From Candidatus Fermentithermobacillaceae bacterium (lineage in GTDB: Bacteria; Bacillota; Sulfobacillia; Fermentithermobacillales; Fermentithermobacillaceae), in contig JAGPNE010000004.1 of the NCBI GenBank assembly GCA_018052455.1, positions 52,882 through 116,881 on the forward strand: DNA of 64,000 nucleotides, in the 5' to 3' direction. Below are positions 47,712 to 57,805 of the stretch, piece after piece. How positions within the stretch are numbered: the stretch's first letter is position 1; every line of letters begins with the position of its first letter. A program made the position numbers and the translations under genes. Under the pieces are notes generated by a model that did no database searches, was not told where the DNA came from, and worked only from the letters and a program-made list of their open reading frames with translations.

Positions 47712-49381
47712 AGAAAAGTATTTCATCTATTGCAGTCACTATATGTATGTGCCTCATTTTCTCGAGCTGTTCATTTCTGCCAGACAACTTCGTAAAAACT
47801 AATCCTAATGATAACAAAGCCGACGAGCGTCAAGTCTACTCCAACTCCGTGATGGACTTCTCCTTTCTGTATGATCCTGATATGACCGTTGAAGAAAAAG
47901 ACAGTGCTGTTGTGGTTTATGTTGAGGGCGATGGCGAATCTCCTTATATAAGGCTTTTCTTTACTCCGATTGGTGAAGTGGCTTTTTCGTTGGAGAATTA
48001 CCTGCATTTCGTAGTGGAAGATCTCCGCGCTGTCCATGGGGACAAGTTGTTGGAGGCCGGTGAAAAACAAAACTTCGACATGGCTGGGAAAACACTGACT
48101 GGTATCCGCTGTGCTCTCGACGATCCTGATGGCAACATATATATGTGGTTCCTCGCTGATGAAAGCGATACCTATGTAGTTCAGTATGAGTGTGTCTGTT
48201 CAGAAGGCGGCGGAGACTCGGTAATGGATACGTTGGAATACACAGTCGAAACACTTCGCCCTGACGCAGATTACTACGCATCAGGAACTCATCAGCCAGA
48301 CGCAAGCGGGACAAATAATCAGACCACGGACGTGGGCAAGCCAACGAAATCCGCCCCCTCAAAGCTCGGCGCATATTCTGTGACAAAAAACACGCCACTT
48401 CAACTTCAGACGGCGTTATATAACGGAGGCTTCTTCTCCCTCACACTGCCGACAGGCTGGGTTATCGAAACGACCGGCGAATACACGCTGTTTGGCTTCC
48501 ACGCCTTTGACCCGAACATACCTGAACGCCAGGTGTTCTTCTACTGCAAGCATCATCCGCTGCTAAAAAACATGGATGCCAAGAATTACTATGAGAGGGC
48601 GGCACAAGCGGTAGGTTCCTACGATCTCTACGGCTATCACCAGTGGGCAGATACACCAGTGCTACTGGAACCGACCACTGAATATTTCTTTTATATCTAT
48701 AACGACTACAATAACTTCCTGAATAAATACGGTCTTAACCACCAGCTGCCGATCATGAACGATATAAGCATACTGGAAACATACCCAAATGACACGCCTA
48801 CAGCATTCAATACCTTGGATAACTCAATTGTCCGCGCCAGCTTCAATTCCGCAAACGGTGTAGCATGCGAGGGCTTAATGGCAGGACAGGTGGCGAACTA
48901 CGGAACGGACACCTATTCGGTGCCCGGCGCGGATATGGGTACCTATGCTGTATATAACTGCAACGGCGTTATCGCTCCGGCTGGGGAGTTTAACGAGCTG
49001 CACGAACAACTCATGGCATGCCTTGCCAGCTTTACCTTCACCGAGGATTACGTCAAGCAGACTCAGCAGCATGTGGCAGAGGAAACATCGTCAATCCTTG
49101 CCATGTCACGCCAGATGCAAGCGGCTTACGATTCCTACAACGCCGCGTGGAGCGCCCGCCAGACCTCCTACGACATTATCTCACAGAAGAACAGCGACGC
49201 TACACTTGGCTATGACAGGCTCTATGATCCCTACACTGGCGAAATCTATCGCGCCGAACAGGGATTCTACGATGCCTACGATATCAACCGCGATCAATAC
49301 AGTAACCCCAATCTGCAAATAATCGATGGCAGTACAGAGAACTATTATCTGGATGGCGTCGATTACTACATAACCAAGTGA
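47708..49381 (+). CDS. Putative lipoprotein
   Basis: Signal peptide with lipobox-like IFSSC; Tyr/Asp-rich C-terminus SDATLGYDRLYDP.TGEIY. Confidence 0.75.
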   Translation: MKKSISSIAVTICMCLIFSSCSFLPDNFVKTNPNDNKADERQVYSNSVMDFSFLYDPDMTVEEKDSAVVVYVEGDGESPYIRLFFTPIGEVAFSLENYLHFVVEDLRAVHGDKLLEAGEKQNFDMAGKTLTGIRCALDDPDGNIYMWFLADESDTYVVQYECVCSEGGGDSVMDTLEYTVETLRPDADYYASGTHQPDASGTNNQTTDVGKPTKSAPSKLGAYSVTKNTPLQLQTALYNGGFFSLTLPTGWVIETTGEYTLFGFHAFDPNIPERQVFFYCKHHPLLKNMDAKNYYERAAQAVGSYDLYGYHQWADTPVLLEPTTEYFFYIYNDYNNFLNKYGLNHQLPIMNDISILETYPNDTPTAFNTLDNSIVRASFNSANGVACEGLMAGQVANYGTDTYSVPGADMGTYAVYNCNGVIAPAGEFNELHEQLMACLASFTFTEDYVKQTQQHVAEETSSILAMSRQMQAAYDSYNAAWSARQTSYDIISQKNSDATLGYDRLYDPYTGEIYRAEQGFYDAYDINRDQYSNPNLQIIDGSTENYYLDGVDYYITK

Positions 49382-49393
49382 AGGGAGGTTATT

Positions 49394-50248
49394 ATGAAAC
49401 ACTTTTTTGCATCAGTCACAGCCGCAGTAATGACGCTGTTGCTGCTTGCGGGCCGTTCTGCGGAAACCGATACCCGGCAGGACACCGTGACAAAAGGCGG
49501 AGGCAATAGAGATACAGTGACCTACATCATGGATGTGTTAGGCGACGATATGCTTGCCATATACGAAAACCGCGATACGGCGCTTCCTGCAGCGGTCAGC
49601 TATATCTTTCAGGGCAACGGCGTGCGCGTGGAGTCGCCGCTGTTTGGCGAGGATGACGTGAGCGCCATTCTGGACGCCATAGCGCAGATAACCATATCCG
49701 GCGAAACGGACATTTCAATCGCTGACAGCGATTCGAGCTATACCTTCATAAACGCGGATGGTACAGAGGCTGGCAGCGTATCCTTCAACGGTGATTTTCT
49801 TGACTGCGGCGACAAAAAATACGAGGTGGGCGGCAAAAAGGCGCTTGCCACCATCGACTTCCCGGCGGAGACGGGCAGGGATATGCTGACGCTTGACGGT
49901 CCCGATCCAAGGATGCATGAGTTCCTTGAACGGTGCAAGACCGAGGAACCCGCAAGCATCAAGTTCGCGCACGACGGCAGCGAATCCGAGATAACAGAAT
50001 CCGGCGCAATTCGTGAAGCGGTGGCTGCGCTGCATTCCATAGGTCTCACCATGTATGCGTTGCGAGGAGCGGAACCTCCCACCGCGGCGCTTACCGCCAC
50101 CTTTGTGATGAACGACGGCTGGGAATATAGCCTGACCTTCTATGACAACAGTGTTTATGTATATGAATATCCCGAACCGCTGGGGGTATGGTCTTTCTAC
50201 ACGGACGGATCGGAGCATTTCACAGAGATACTCGAAGGAGAAAAATGA
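49394..50248 (+). CDS. Exported two-domain protein with a broken lipobox (LLAG-R)
   Basis: RBS GGGAGG; signal-like N-terminus with CGT at 49454 where Cys is expected; two similar ~100-aa domains. Confidence 0.65.
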   Translation: MKHFFASVTAAVMTLLLLAGRSAETDTRQDTVTKGGGNRDTVTYIMDVLGDDMLAIYENRDTALPAAVSYIFQGNGVRVESPLFGEDDVSAILDAIAQITISGETDISIADSDSSYTFINADGTEAGSVSFNGDFLDCGDKKYEVGGKKALATIDFPAETGRDMLTLDGPDPRMHEFLERCKTEEPASIKFAHDGSESEITESGAIREAVAALHSIGLTMYALRGAEPPTAALTATFVMNDGWEYSLTFYDNSVYVYEYPEPLGVWSFYTDGSEHFTEILEGEK

Positions 50249-50288
50249 GGTCAGACGCTCTAAACAAGTTTTAACGGAGGATGAAAAC

Positions 50289-50413
50289 ATGAGGAACGTG
50301 TCGATAAGAGGTGTTCCCAAAGGACAACCCCAAGGATGTAGGCGAAATGGATAGCCGCGCTGTTCGACGAGGTAAAAACGCTTTTGAAGAAAGCAAATAT
50401 AGGAGGAAGATGA
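50289..50413 (+). pseudogene. Remnant paralogue of the 47403-47711 gene
   Basis: With two 1-nt shifts reads EVFPKDNPKDVGE/WIAALFDEVKTLLKKA, aligning to EIFPKCEDAPLLGWPCALLDEAEALLRQA. Confidence 0.6.
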
Positions 50414-50414
50414 A

Positions 50415-52438
50415 ATGAAAGCGAAAAACAGAATGCTTGCCCTGCTCCTGTGCCTGTGCATGGCAATAACCCTGTTCCCGATGACTGCGCTGGCGGCGAA
50501 TACAGACGGCACTGCCCGCGACATTACCTTTGAACTGGCCATGGCCTCTGACCTGAAGGAACTCGGATTGTTTGAGGGGTCGGAACAAATGCGGACGGCA
50601 GCACCAATTTCGACTTGAACCGCGCACCTTCAAGGCTTGAGGCGCTGGTCATGCTGCTTCGGCTTCTCGGAAAGGGCGCGGAGGCAAAAGCGTACACCGG
50701 CGCGTGCCCGTTTGCCGATGTGCCGAATTGGGGAAAGCCGTATGTGGCCTACGCCTTTGACAACGGGCTGACCAACGGCAGCTCCGCCACAAAGTTCGGC
50801 ATGGGCGATGCGAATGCGGCGATGTACCTGACCTTCGTGCTGCGCGCGCTAGGTTATTCCGACGCAAACGGCGCGGACTTCACATGGGACGCCCCCTTCA
50901 CGTTGGCGGAGAGCACCGATATCATGCCGGCGGGAATAGACACAAAAGCCTTCTGGCGCGCTGATGTTGTTGCCGTCAGCTATGCTGCGCTCTACGCCGC
51001 AAAAAAGGGCGGTACACGACCCCTCTACGAAACCCTTGAGGCGCAGGGCGTATTTACGGTGGCACAGTTTGAGGAAAGCGCTGATGAGCACCTGCTGCTG
51101 GCTCACACGATACCCGAACTGCGGCTGGAGGGCGACTGGCCCTGTTCGAGAGAGCTTCTTCAGAAAAAGTGGGCAGAGATATACCCCTATTACTGCCGCT
51201 ATCTTGGCCTGCCAACGAAAATTCTCACCGAGGGCGTCACATGGAAATGGGACGGCGGCATCAACGGGGATGAGGTGGAGTATTCCGCCGCTACGAACTC
51301 CGTGCTCATGGGCCGCGTGAATCAGCACGTTTATTTCAATGATGATTTCCATTATGACTATGAGGATCTCTTCCTGCAATGTATGCACGAGACCTCGCAC
51401 CTCTTCTGGCAGGCTGGCAGTGAGAACATCATGACCGGCTTCGGCCAGTGGGCGTGGGAAGCCACGGCGCTGGTGGCGGAGAGCATGTATTTTGCCGAGT
51501 GCTATGGCGACTATAACCACTCGAATATGCGCCGCTTCGACTGCACGGAGTTCTGCGGCCGCGACGCCGTCAACGGTGTTTACAGCGACTCCTGCAAGTA
51601 TGACCGCACCGTCGCCAACGGCTCGGCCACGGACACTTTCATCTATCTGTGCAGCGTGCTTTCAGACGAAGGGACGCAGAATTACTTTACCAAGGTCAAC
51701 GGGCTGCGTATTAAGCGTTATGAGGAGACCGGCGAGCTGAACGTCACCCTCGACCAGTACGCCGCACTTCTTGACGAGGCGGCGGAAGGCCGAACGATAG
51801 ACGGCATGAAGCCCTCGGATTGGTTCCGCGCCCGCGCCGTAGCCAACACCGACGGCGCTGTGGGCGACTACCTGATCGTCTATCCTTACCGCTCCATAGA
51901 CAATTCCGCCGGCGTGTCCTACGCCTGCTGGAACCGCTATGTGGACGAGCAGGGAGATAAACGAGAGAAAGCCTATGCAGGCCAAAGTGTCGATTTGAAG
52001 GCGTATACGCCCGACGGAACGCTTGTCGGCAGCAGGACGGTACAGACGGACAACCGCGGTATCGGCGGGACCGAACTCCAGCTTTCCCCCGGCATTGCCG
52101 ACAACACCGCCCTCAAGGTCACGGCTACGACGACCGTGAACGGAAAAACGCTGACGGCCGTCACCTATACGGTATACGACCAGTTCTGGATCAAGCCCGA
52201 CGTCAAGGAGCATATGTACCTCATCCTCCTCGACGCAAACGGTGATATCGTCACCGACGTCGCCGCCTCAGACGTGAAGGTCACGGGCGCAAAGTCGGCC
52301 GATACCTCGGCGCTCTCCGGCGGCATGCTTATCCTGACCGTTGCCACCGGCGGCACGGCAAATATCAGCATCGGTGCAAATACCTTTACTCTCTCACAGC
52401 CTATCGGCATCCGTGTCGCGCCGATCGTGCTCGAATAA
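50415..52438 (+). pseudogene. S-layer-homology-domain zinc metallopeptidase-like protein, split by a 1-nt frameshift
   Basis: Adding one G to GGGG at 50576-50579 gives LGLFEGVGTNADGSTNFDLNRAPSRLEALVMLLRLLG (SLH-like); HETSH...WEATA gluzincin-like motif. Confidence 0.8.
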
Positions 52439-52486
52439 CGATGCGCCCTTGGTATATCTCCAGACAAAACTGAAGGAGGATCATTT

Positions 52487-55399
52487 ATGAAGCTCAAAAG
52501 AATTGCGGGACTCGTTCTCTGCCTGTGCATGGTGATTACGCTGCTGCCCATGACGGCGTTCGCGGCTGACGGCGCAAAGACATACACGTTCAATAGCTCA
52601 CAAATTACAAGTCAGCCTACCAGTGATTTGCGGGCAAACGTTTATTTTAAGGGGGACACCATCGTGTTCACCCCGGATGTAATTGAATCGTTTACATCAT
52701 CCGACCACGGGGTATGCAAAGCGCCGAATGTCGGTCTGAAAATTGGCTGCGGTGCCGATGTGACCGGCGGGATATGCAGCGTGAATACATACAGCAGCGA
52801 CGGCAGCGGCTACATGGTTTCGTTCACAATAACATCAGATAACCCTGTAACGCTCGACTACAAAGGCGCCGGGCCGACCGGCATCAAAACCACGCCCGAT
52901 GCAGACAACAACTACTATGCCTACCGTTATCTTGAACTGCAATTCGTGGCTCATCCTACAAGCTATCCAATCAATTATGACCTTGGCACATACGGAAGCT
53001 GGCCAAGCGGCACGAACCCTCCGACAAGCTTAGAGCTTGACGGAAACAAAGACTCATACACATTGCAGATCCCAACCCCGCAAAGCAACGACAGCAGTTA
53101 CTACTTTACGAATTGGCAGATTTCTGAAAATGTGAAGATACTCTCAAACCCAAATATCAGTACTGGATCTACAGCTACGGTATTTCCGATAAATGGGGTA
53201 GTTAAACTGCCGTTTACCATTTGCAAGGCCGAGGTTCCCTATGCGACTATAGAAGAGCACTTTACTATCACCGCAGTATGGTCAAATGCACCGCGAACCG
53301 CTGCGCCGAAGTTCAGCGTGGCAGGAGGTACATATTCTTCAACGCAAAATGTTGCACTATCATGCACAACGTCAAATGCAACGATTCGTTACACAACGGA
53401 TGGCAGCGTGCCCACACGGTTTAGTACGCAATATACTGTACCGATCGAGGTTTCCTCAACAACGACAATAATCGCAAGAGCATTTTCACCTGATGACGTA
53501 TATGGTATTGAGGACAGCGAAGCGGTTTCCGCAACTTATACCATCAACACACAGCCGCCCGCGCTCTCCACTGTTGCCACGCCCACATTCAGTCCTGCGG
53601 GCGGAACCTTTACCTCGGCGCAGAGCGTAACGCTATCTTGCTCGACGACTGGCGCTACCATCCGCTATACCACGAACGGAAATGATCCCACCGAGGCAAG
53701 CACGGCTTTTGTGGCAGATACGCCCATTGCGGTATCGTCAACGACCACCATCAAGGCAAAGGCATTCAAAGATGGATTAACAGCGAGCGAGATAGCTTCG
53801 GCAACATATACAATCACGATAACGCCTCCCGCACCTGCTGCACTGTCCTTTACTGATAGTCAAAACTATGACGTCCCTGCCGGAAGCACCGGCGTTGCTA
53901 TCACTCCCGTTGATGTGAGCAGTGGCGTATCAGGCGGCTCTTTACCCTATACGTTCACCTTTGAGGGCATGCCCCCCGCATGGCTGGATATAAGTAATGC
54001 GGGAATTATCACGGGTACGCGCCCGGCTACCGCGCAGACGGCAACCACAGTCGCGATCAAGGTAACAGACAGTGCAACACCAACAGTTACAGCATCCATT
54101 ACGATAAGTGTAGGCGCAGTGACAGAAACGGTACAGACGTCAGATCCTCCTTCGCCGCCTGCGCCTCCGTCTCCTGTTATCTCAGACCCGGTCGTGGACG
54201 ACTGCACGGCTACTGTTACGACGAAGGTCACACCGACGCTGTCCGGCACGACGGCCAGTGCCGCGATTCCCGCCTCCACAGCAAAAAATGCCGTCAGCAG
54301 CGCGCTTAAATCAGCTGCGGAGAGCGGTACGGCCCCGGTTGTGGAGATTGCCCTCGATATCATCGCAAGAGCAGACGGCATGAAGGTCACGCTTCCCACC
54401 GCCGCTATTGAAACTCTCAGCGAAAATGAGAACGCGGTGCTTGCCATCACCTCCGATGTGGGCGACATCACGCTCGACAGCGCCGCGCTCGCCGCTGTCG
54501 CGGAGCAGGCCAGCGCAAGCGTCAGCGTCAGCATTAAGCCCGTGGACGTCTCCAAACTCAATGAGCGCCAAAAGGAAGCTGTGGGTGATGCTCCGGTGTA
54601 TGATATCTCCATCACCAGTGGCAACGTGGCCATCTCGGATCTGGACGGCGGCCAGGCTACGGTCTCCGTGCCCTACGAGCTTGCCGATGGTCAGGATGCC
54701 GACGGCATTGTTGTCTATTATCTGGACGATGAAGGCAACATTCACAAGTGTGAAACAACCTACGACCTCGCAACTAAAACGGTCTCTTTCGTCACCACCC
54801 ACTTTTCCAAATACGTGGTCGGCTACGACGCCATCGCCGCGTGGGTCAATCCTTTCAGCGATGTTACGAAAAGCGACTGGTTCTTTGAGGACGCTGCCTA
54901 CGCAAACCTTGCCGGTCTGATGAAAGGCACCAGCGACACGACCTTTGCCCCACACGGCGCCACAACCCGCGGCATGATTGTTGAGATCCTTTACAGGCTG
55001 GAGAACAAGCCTGCTATCACCGGCACCTGCCCGTTTGATGATGTGGCCTCCGGCAAGTATTATGAGAATGCGGTCACATGGGCGGCGGCTAACAAGATAG
55101 TCGACGGATACGGCGACGCAAAGTTCGGCCCCGAAGATCCCATCACCCGCGAACAGATCGCGGCCATTCTGTACCGCTACGAGCAGTACAATGGCGGCGG
55201 CTTCACGGGAGCGTGGGTGTTCCCGCTTAACTTCCCCGACGCGGATAAGGTCAGCGATTGGGCGTATGAGGCCATGTGCTGGTGTACGATGAACGGAATC
55301 ATCAACGGCAACAGCGATGGCACGCTTGCTCCGCAGGGCAACGCTGAGCGCTGCCAGGTGGCCGCGATCCTGCACCGGTTCTGTGAGAACGTAAAATAA
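52487..55399 (+). CDS. Large S-layer-homology surface protein with two chitobiase/Fn3-associated repeats and an Ig-like domain
   Basis: Signal peptide MTAFA; two P.FS.AGGT...V.LSC.T..ATIRYTT.G..PT repeats; three C-terminal SLH repeats (NPFSDV..., FAP....TR). Confidence 0.88.
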   Translation: MKLKRIAGLVLCLCMVITLLPMTAFAADGAKTYTFNSSQITSQPTSDLRANVYFKGDTIVFTPDVIESFTSSDHGVCKAPNVGLKIGCGADVTGGICSVNTYSSDGSGYMVSFTITSDNPVTLDYKGAGPTGIKTTPDADNNYYAYRYLELQFVAHPTSYPINYDLGTYGSWPSGTNPPTSLELDGNKDSYTLQIPTPQSNDSSYYFTNWQISENVKILSNPNISTGSTATVFPINGVVKLPFTICKAEVPYATIEEHFTITAVWSNAPRTAAPKFSVAGGTYSSTQNVALSCTTSNATIRYTTDGSVPTRFSTQYTVPIEVSSTTTIIARAFSPDDVYGIEDSEAVSATYTINTQPPALSTVATPTFSPAGGTFTSAQSVTLSCSTTGATIRYTTNGNDPTEASTAFVADTPIAVSSTTTIKAKAFKDGLTASEIASATYTITITPPAPAALSFTDSQNYDVPAGSTGVAITPVDVSSGVSGGSLPYTFTFEGMPPAWLDISNAGIITGTRPATAQTATTVAIKVTDSATPTVTASITISVGAVTETVQTSDPPSPPAPPSPVISDPVVDDCTATVTTKVTPTLSGTTASAAIPASTAKNAVSSALKSAAESGTAPVVEIALDIIARADGMKVTLPTAAIETLSENENAVLAITSDVGDITLDSAALAAVAEQASASVSVSIKPVDVSKLNERQKEAVGDAPVYDISITSGNVAISDLDGGQATVSVPYELADGQDADGIVVYYLDDEGNIHKCETTYDLATKTVSFVTTHFSKYVVGYDAIAAWVNPFSDVTKSDWFFEDAAYANLAGLMKGTSDTTFAPHGATTRGMIVEILYRLENKPAITGTCPFDDVASGKYYENAVTWAAANKIVDGYGDAKFGPEDPITREQIAAILYRYEQYNGGGFTGAWVFPLNFPDADKVSDWAYEAMCWCTMNGIINGNSDGTLAPQGNAERCQVAAILHRFCENVK

Positions 55400-55410
55400 C
55401 CCGAAACACA

Positions 55411-55444
55411 AGAGGAGGCCGGAGCGATCCGGCCTCCTCTTTTC
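55411..55444 (+). terminator. Intrinsic terminator of the exported-protein operon
   Basis: Perfect 13-bp stem agaggaggccgga/tccggcctcctct, GCGA loop, U-tract. Confidence 0.9.
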
Positions 55445-55605
55445 TGCTTTTGGAGATATCAGGCTGCGCAGCCGAAGCGATCAGCTTCTACGGCGCAGTT
55501 GTCTGTCTGTAAATGGCAAAAGGGCCTGCCTGTGCAAACCGCACGGGTAAGCCCCTTCATAATAAAATATCAGTTTTGTCTATCGGGTCGGCGTTCCCGA
55601 TCGTC

Positions 55606-56058
55606 TCAGCTTTTCTTCTTCGGCTGGCGTTCCTGATGCATTTTTCGCTGATGCTCCCGTTTTATTTGCTGCATCTTTCTGTCCTCGGCGCATTGCAGAT
55701 TTTGGAGAACCACCGCTTTCTCAGAGCGCAGTTCCTCCAACAATTCTGTCAGCTCCGCGATACGGGCGGCAACCTCTCTGTGCTTCGGGATATTCCAGAA
55801 TGGGATACCCTCCTTCTCAGCGAGGAGCGTTTTGCGTTCTTTGCTCTTCCCCCTGATTTGATCCACAAGCCCATGGTACTGCTTCATTTCAGCTTTTACG
55901 GCAGAGAGATATTCCCCGACTCTTTTCTGTCCGCTGCGGATATGCCCAAGCTGGTAACAAAAGATCATCACATTTCTGCGCACGTTCTCCATTGCTTCGG
56001 CAAGAGCAATAGTATCGGCAGGCAGTGAGACGGTTATCTTATCCGTTTTCATCGTCAT
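55606..56058 (-). CDS. Coiled-coil protein resembling a C-terminal fragment of a clostridial relaxase/mobilisation protein
   Basis: GIPFWNIPKHREVAARIAELTELLEELRSEK; no relaxase catalytic motifs present; assignment from recall only. Confidence 0.4.
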   Translation of the reverse strand: MTMKTDKITVSLPADTIALAEAMENVRRNVMIFCYQLGHIRSGQKRVGEYLSAVKAEMKQYHGLVDQIRGKSKERKTLLAEKEGIPFWNIPKHREVAARIAELTELLEELRSEKAVVLQNLQCAEDRKMQQIKREHQRKMHQERQPKKKS

Positions 56059-56284
56059 ATCCCTCCTCAAAAATCGGATGCCGGTATGCATAGATGGTAT
56101 CATATCGGATGTTGCCGATGGTGTTTTCTACGTCCTTGACACACTTGCTGCGCAGCCGTTTTAACGTTTCGTCATCCGCATTTCCAACCATAGAGGCTGT
56201 AACATGGCCCACCATGGACAGCTCCACGCACATCCGAAACAGCTGGCGGCAGAGCCTCGCGTCCAGCTTTGTCACCTGATCCAC
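56039..56284 (-). CDS. Hypothetical protein
   Basis: 81-aa ORF overlapping the next start, consistent with translational coupling. Confidence 0.5.
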   Translation of the reverse strand: MDQVTKLDARLCRQLFRMCVELSMVGHVTASMVGNADDETLKRLRSKCVKDVENTIGNIRYDTIYAYRHPIFEEGYDDENG

Positions 56285-56460
56285 CAGAAACGCAAGGGTG
56301 GTCTTATCTATGTAATCGGTGTCGTTCTGGCTTCATGTGAATCCCTACTTTTGTTTTGTTGCTGTCATTCATGTTACAAATCTCCTTTTTAGATTTCGTG
56401 CATCTTCTCCGACCGCCCAAAAACATCGCTCCGCGCCCCGCACTGCGGGAGGCTGTGACC

Positions 56461-56498
56461 GTCAGGTGGCCGCTTGCGGTCACCTGACTTTACCCTGC
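56461..56498. other. Candidate origin of transfer (inverted repeat plus nic-like motif)
   Basis: gtcaggtggccgc-tt-gcggtcacctgac followed by TTTACCCTG|C. Confidence 0.35.
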
Positions 56499-56571
56499 TC
56501 ATCTCTTCGTCCGTGGGGAAGGCCTGGGGTTTCTGTATTCTGGGTAGTTCTTTATTCGCTTTTGTTTTATC

Positions 56572-56895
56572 CTATCGCTGTGTGACAGGGGGAGATGGTT
56601 CATCATAAACCGAGGGGGTGTTCAGAGAGAGCAGCTCATAGGAATTGTTACGCTGGCGGCCGTCGCCAAAGTCGTGGTTCACTTTGATGAGCCCACACTT
56701 CTCCAACTGCTTGACGGCGCGGCCTGCGGAGCTGTCGGAGATACCGCAAGCTTTGCAGATGGTCTGCCTGCTGGGATAGCAGCCGTTTGTTTTGTTGTGG
56801 CAGCACAGCAGGTAACAGTAGATTGCAAAGGATATCGGCGGCAACTGGTACGCAAAGATTTTTCTTGGGAGCATGACGAATGGTTCTTGCTTCAT
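56572..56895 (-). CDS. Winged-helix (HTH_36-like) protein of phage/plasmid replication-initiator type
   Basis: AIYCYLL......CYPSRQTICKACGIS.SSAGRAVKQLEKCGLI...RNNSYEL. Confidence 0.75.
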   Translation of the reverse strand: MKQEPFVMLPRKIFAYQLPPISFAIYCYLLCCHNKTNGCYPSRQTICKACGISDSSAGRAVKQLEKCGLIKVNHDFGDGRQRNNSYELLSLNTPSVYDEPSPPVTQR

Positions 56896-57106
56896 GTTCT
56901 TGTCCTCTGTCTCGTTTTGAAAAAATGTCCTCACTGTGTAGGCAGCGACAAGATTAAAAATATGCCATCTATTATCAAGCCGATTTTAAATATGGGTTGA
57001 GCCAGTCAATTTTGAACTATCAAAAACCTCCTCACTACTAAGCCGATCTCAGATGCGGGTTGAGCGGATGAATTCTTAGTTCGATAGGGGGTCTACAAAA
57101 ACAGAA

Positions 57107-57145
57107 TGCAAAGTGCCGCCGGGTTTTTACGGACGGCACTTTGCA
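57107..57145 (-). terminator. Intrinsic terminator
   Basis: 12-bp stem tgcaaagtgccg/cggcactttgca, followed on the minus strand by ttctgttttt. Confidence 0.7.
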
Positions 57146-57179
57146 GGATGCGGAGCGTAAAAAATGGGCGAGATTCTTT

Positions 57180-57377
57180 TTATCGAATCACGCCCAATTC
57201 CCGCATGGTATCCTTCGCGTCTTGGCTGAGATGAGAAACACATTTTTGCACCTGCCCACTGAGCTCAACCCTCCGAAGCCCCAGTTCATTGACTTCGGGA
57301 ATTTCATTGCGCTGTTGCTTGTGGCCTCGCTCGGTGAGTTCGGTAATGGCCATTTCCAATATTTCATCGTATTGCAT
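57180..57377 (-). CDS. Small hypothetical protein, possibly internally deleted
   Basis: RBS AAGGAG before ATG; 65 aa ending RELGVIR. Confidence 0.5.
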   Translation of the reverse strand: MQYDEILEMAITELTERGHKQQRNEIPEVNELGLRRVELSGQVQKCVSHLSQDAKDTMRELGVIR

Positions 57378-57805
57378 GGCTGACTCCTTTCGCCTGATTT
57401 GAGAAGCATCCGGTTTTCAGCAACACAACATACCACACGCAAATTCGAATAGATATCATCATTTTCTATGAATCCGACGTACCTCTTGGACGAATCTCAC
57501 AATACAAAAACAAGTGCTTTATATTCTTCCACAAAAGGAAGTATGATGAAATCATCTACTATTGCCATGAAAACAGGTGAAGCATATGGATTATATAACA
57601 GTCAGAGAAGCTGCACAGAAGTAGGGTGTCGCCACCCGCTCTATTACGTATCATCTTGCGGATGGTTGCATCCCCGGTGCTGTGAAAAAAGGAAACCTCT
57701 GGCTTATTCCCACAGCCGCCGAAAAGCCTGCGGATTTGCGCAGGCGAAAGAAAAAGCGATGAAAGTATCTGTCTTATGCAAAATAAAATCATGGCAGGTG
57801 AGCAT

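Noticed and set aside
57016-57026. TACTAAGCCGA also present near 10984
   Set aside because: An isolated 11-mer match between unrelated contexts is expected by chance
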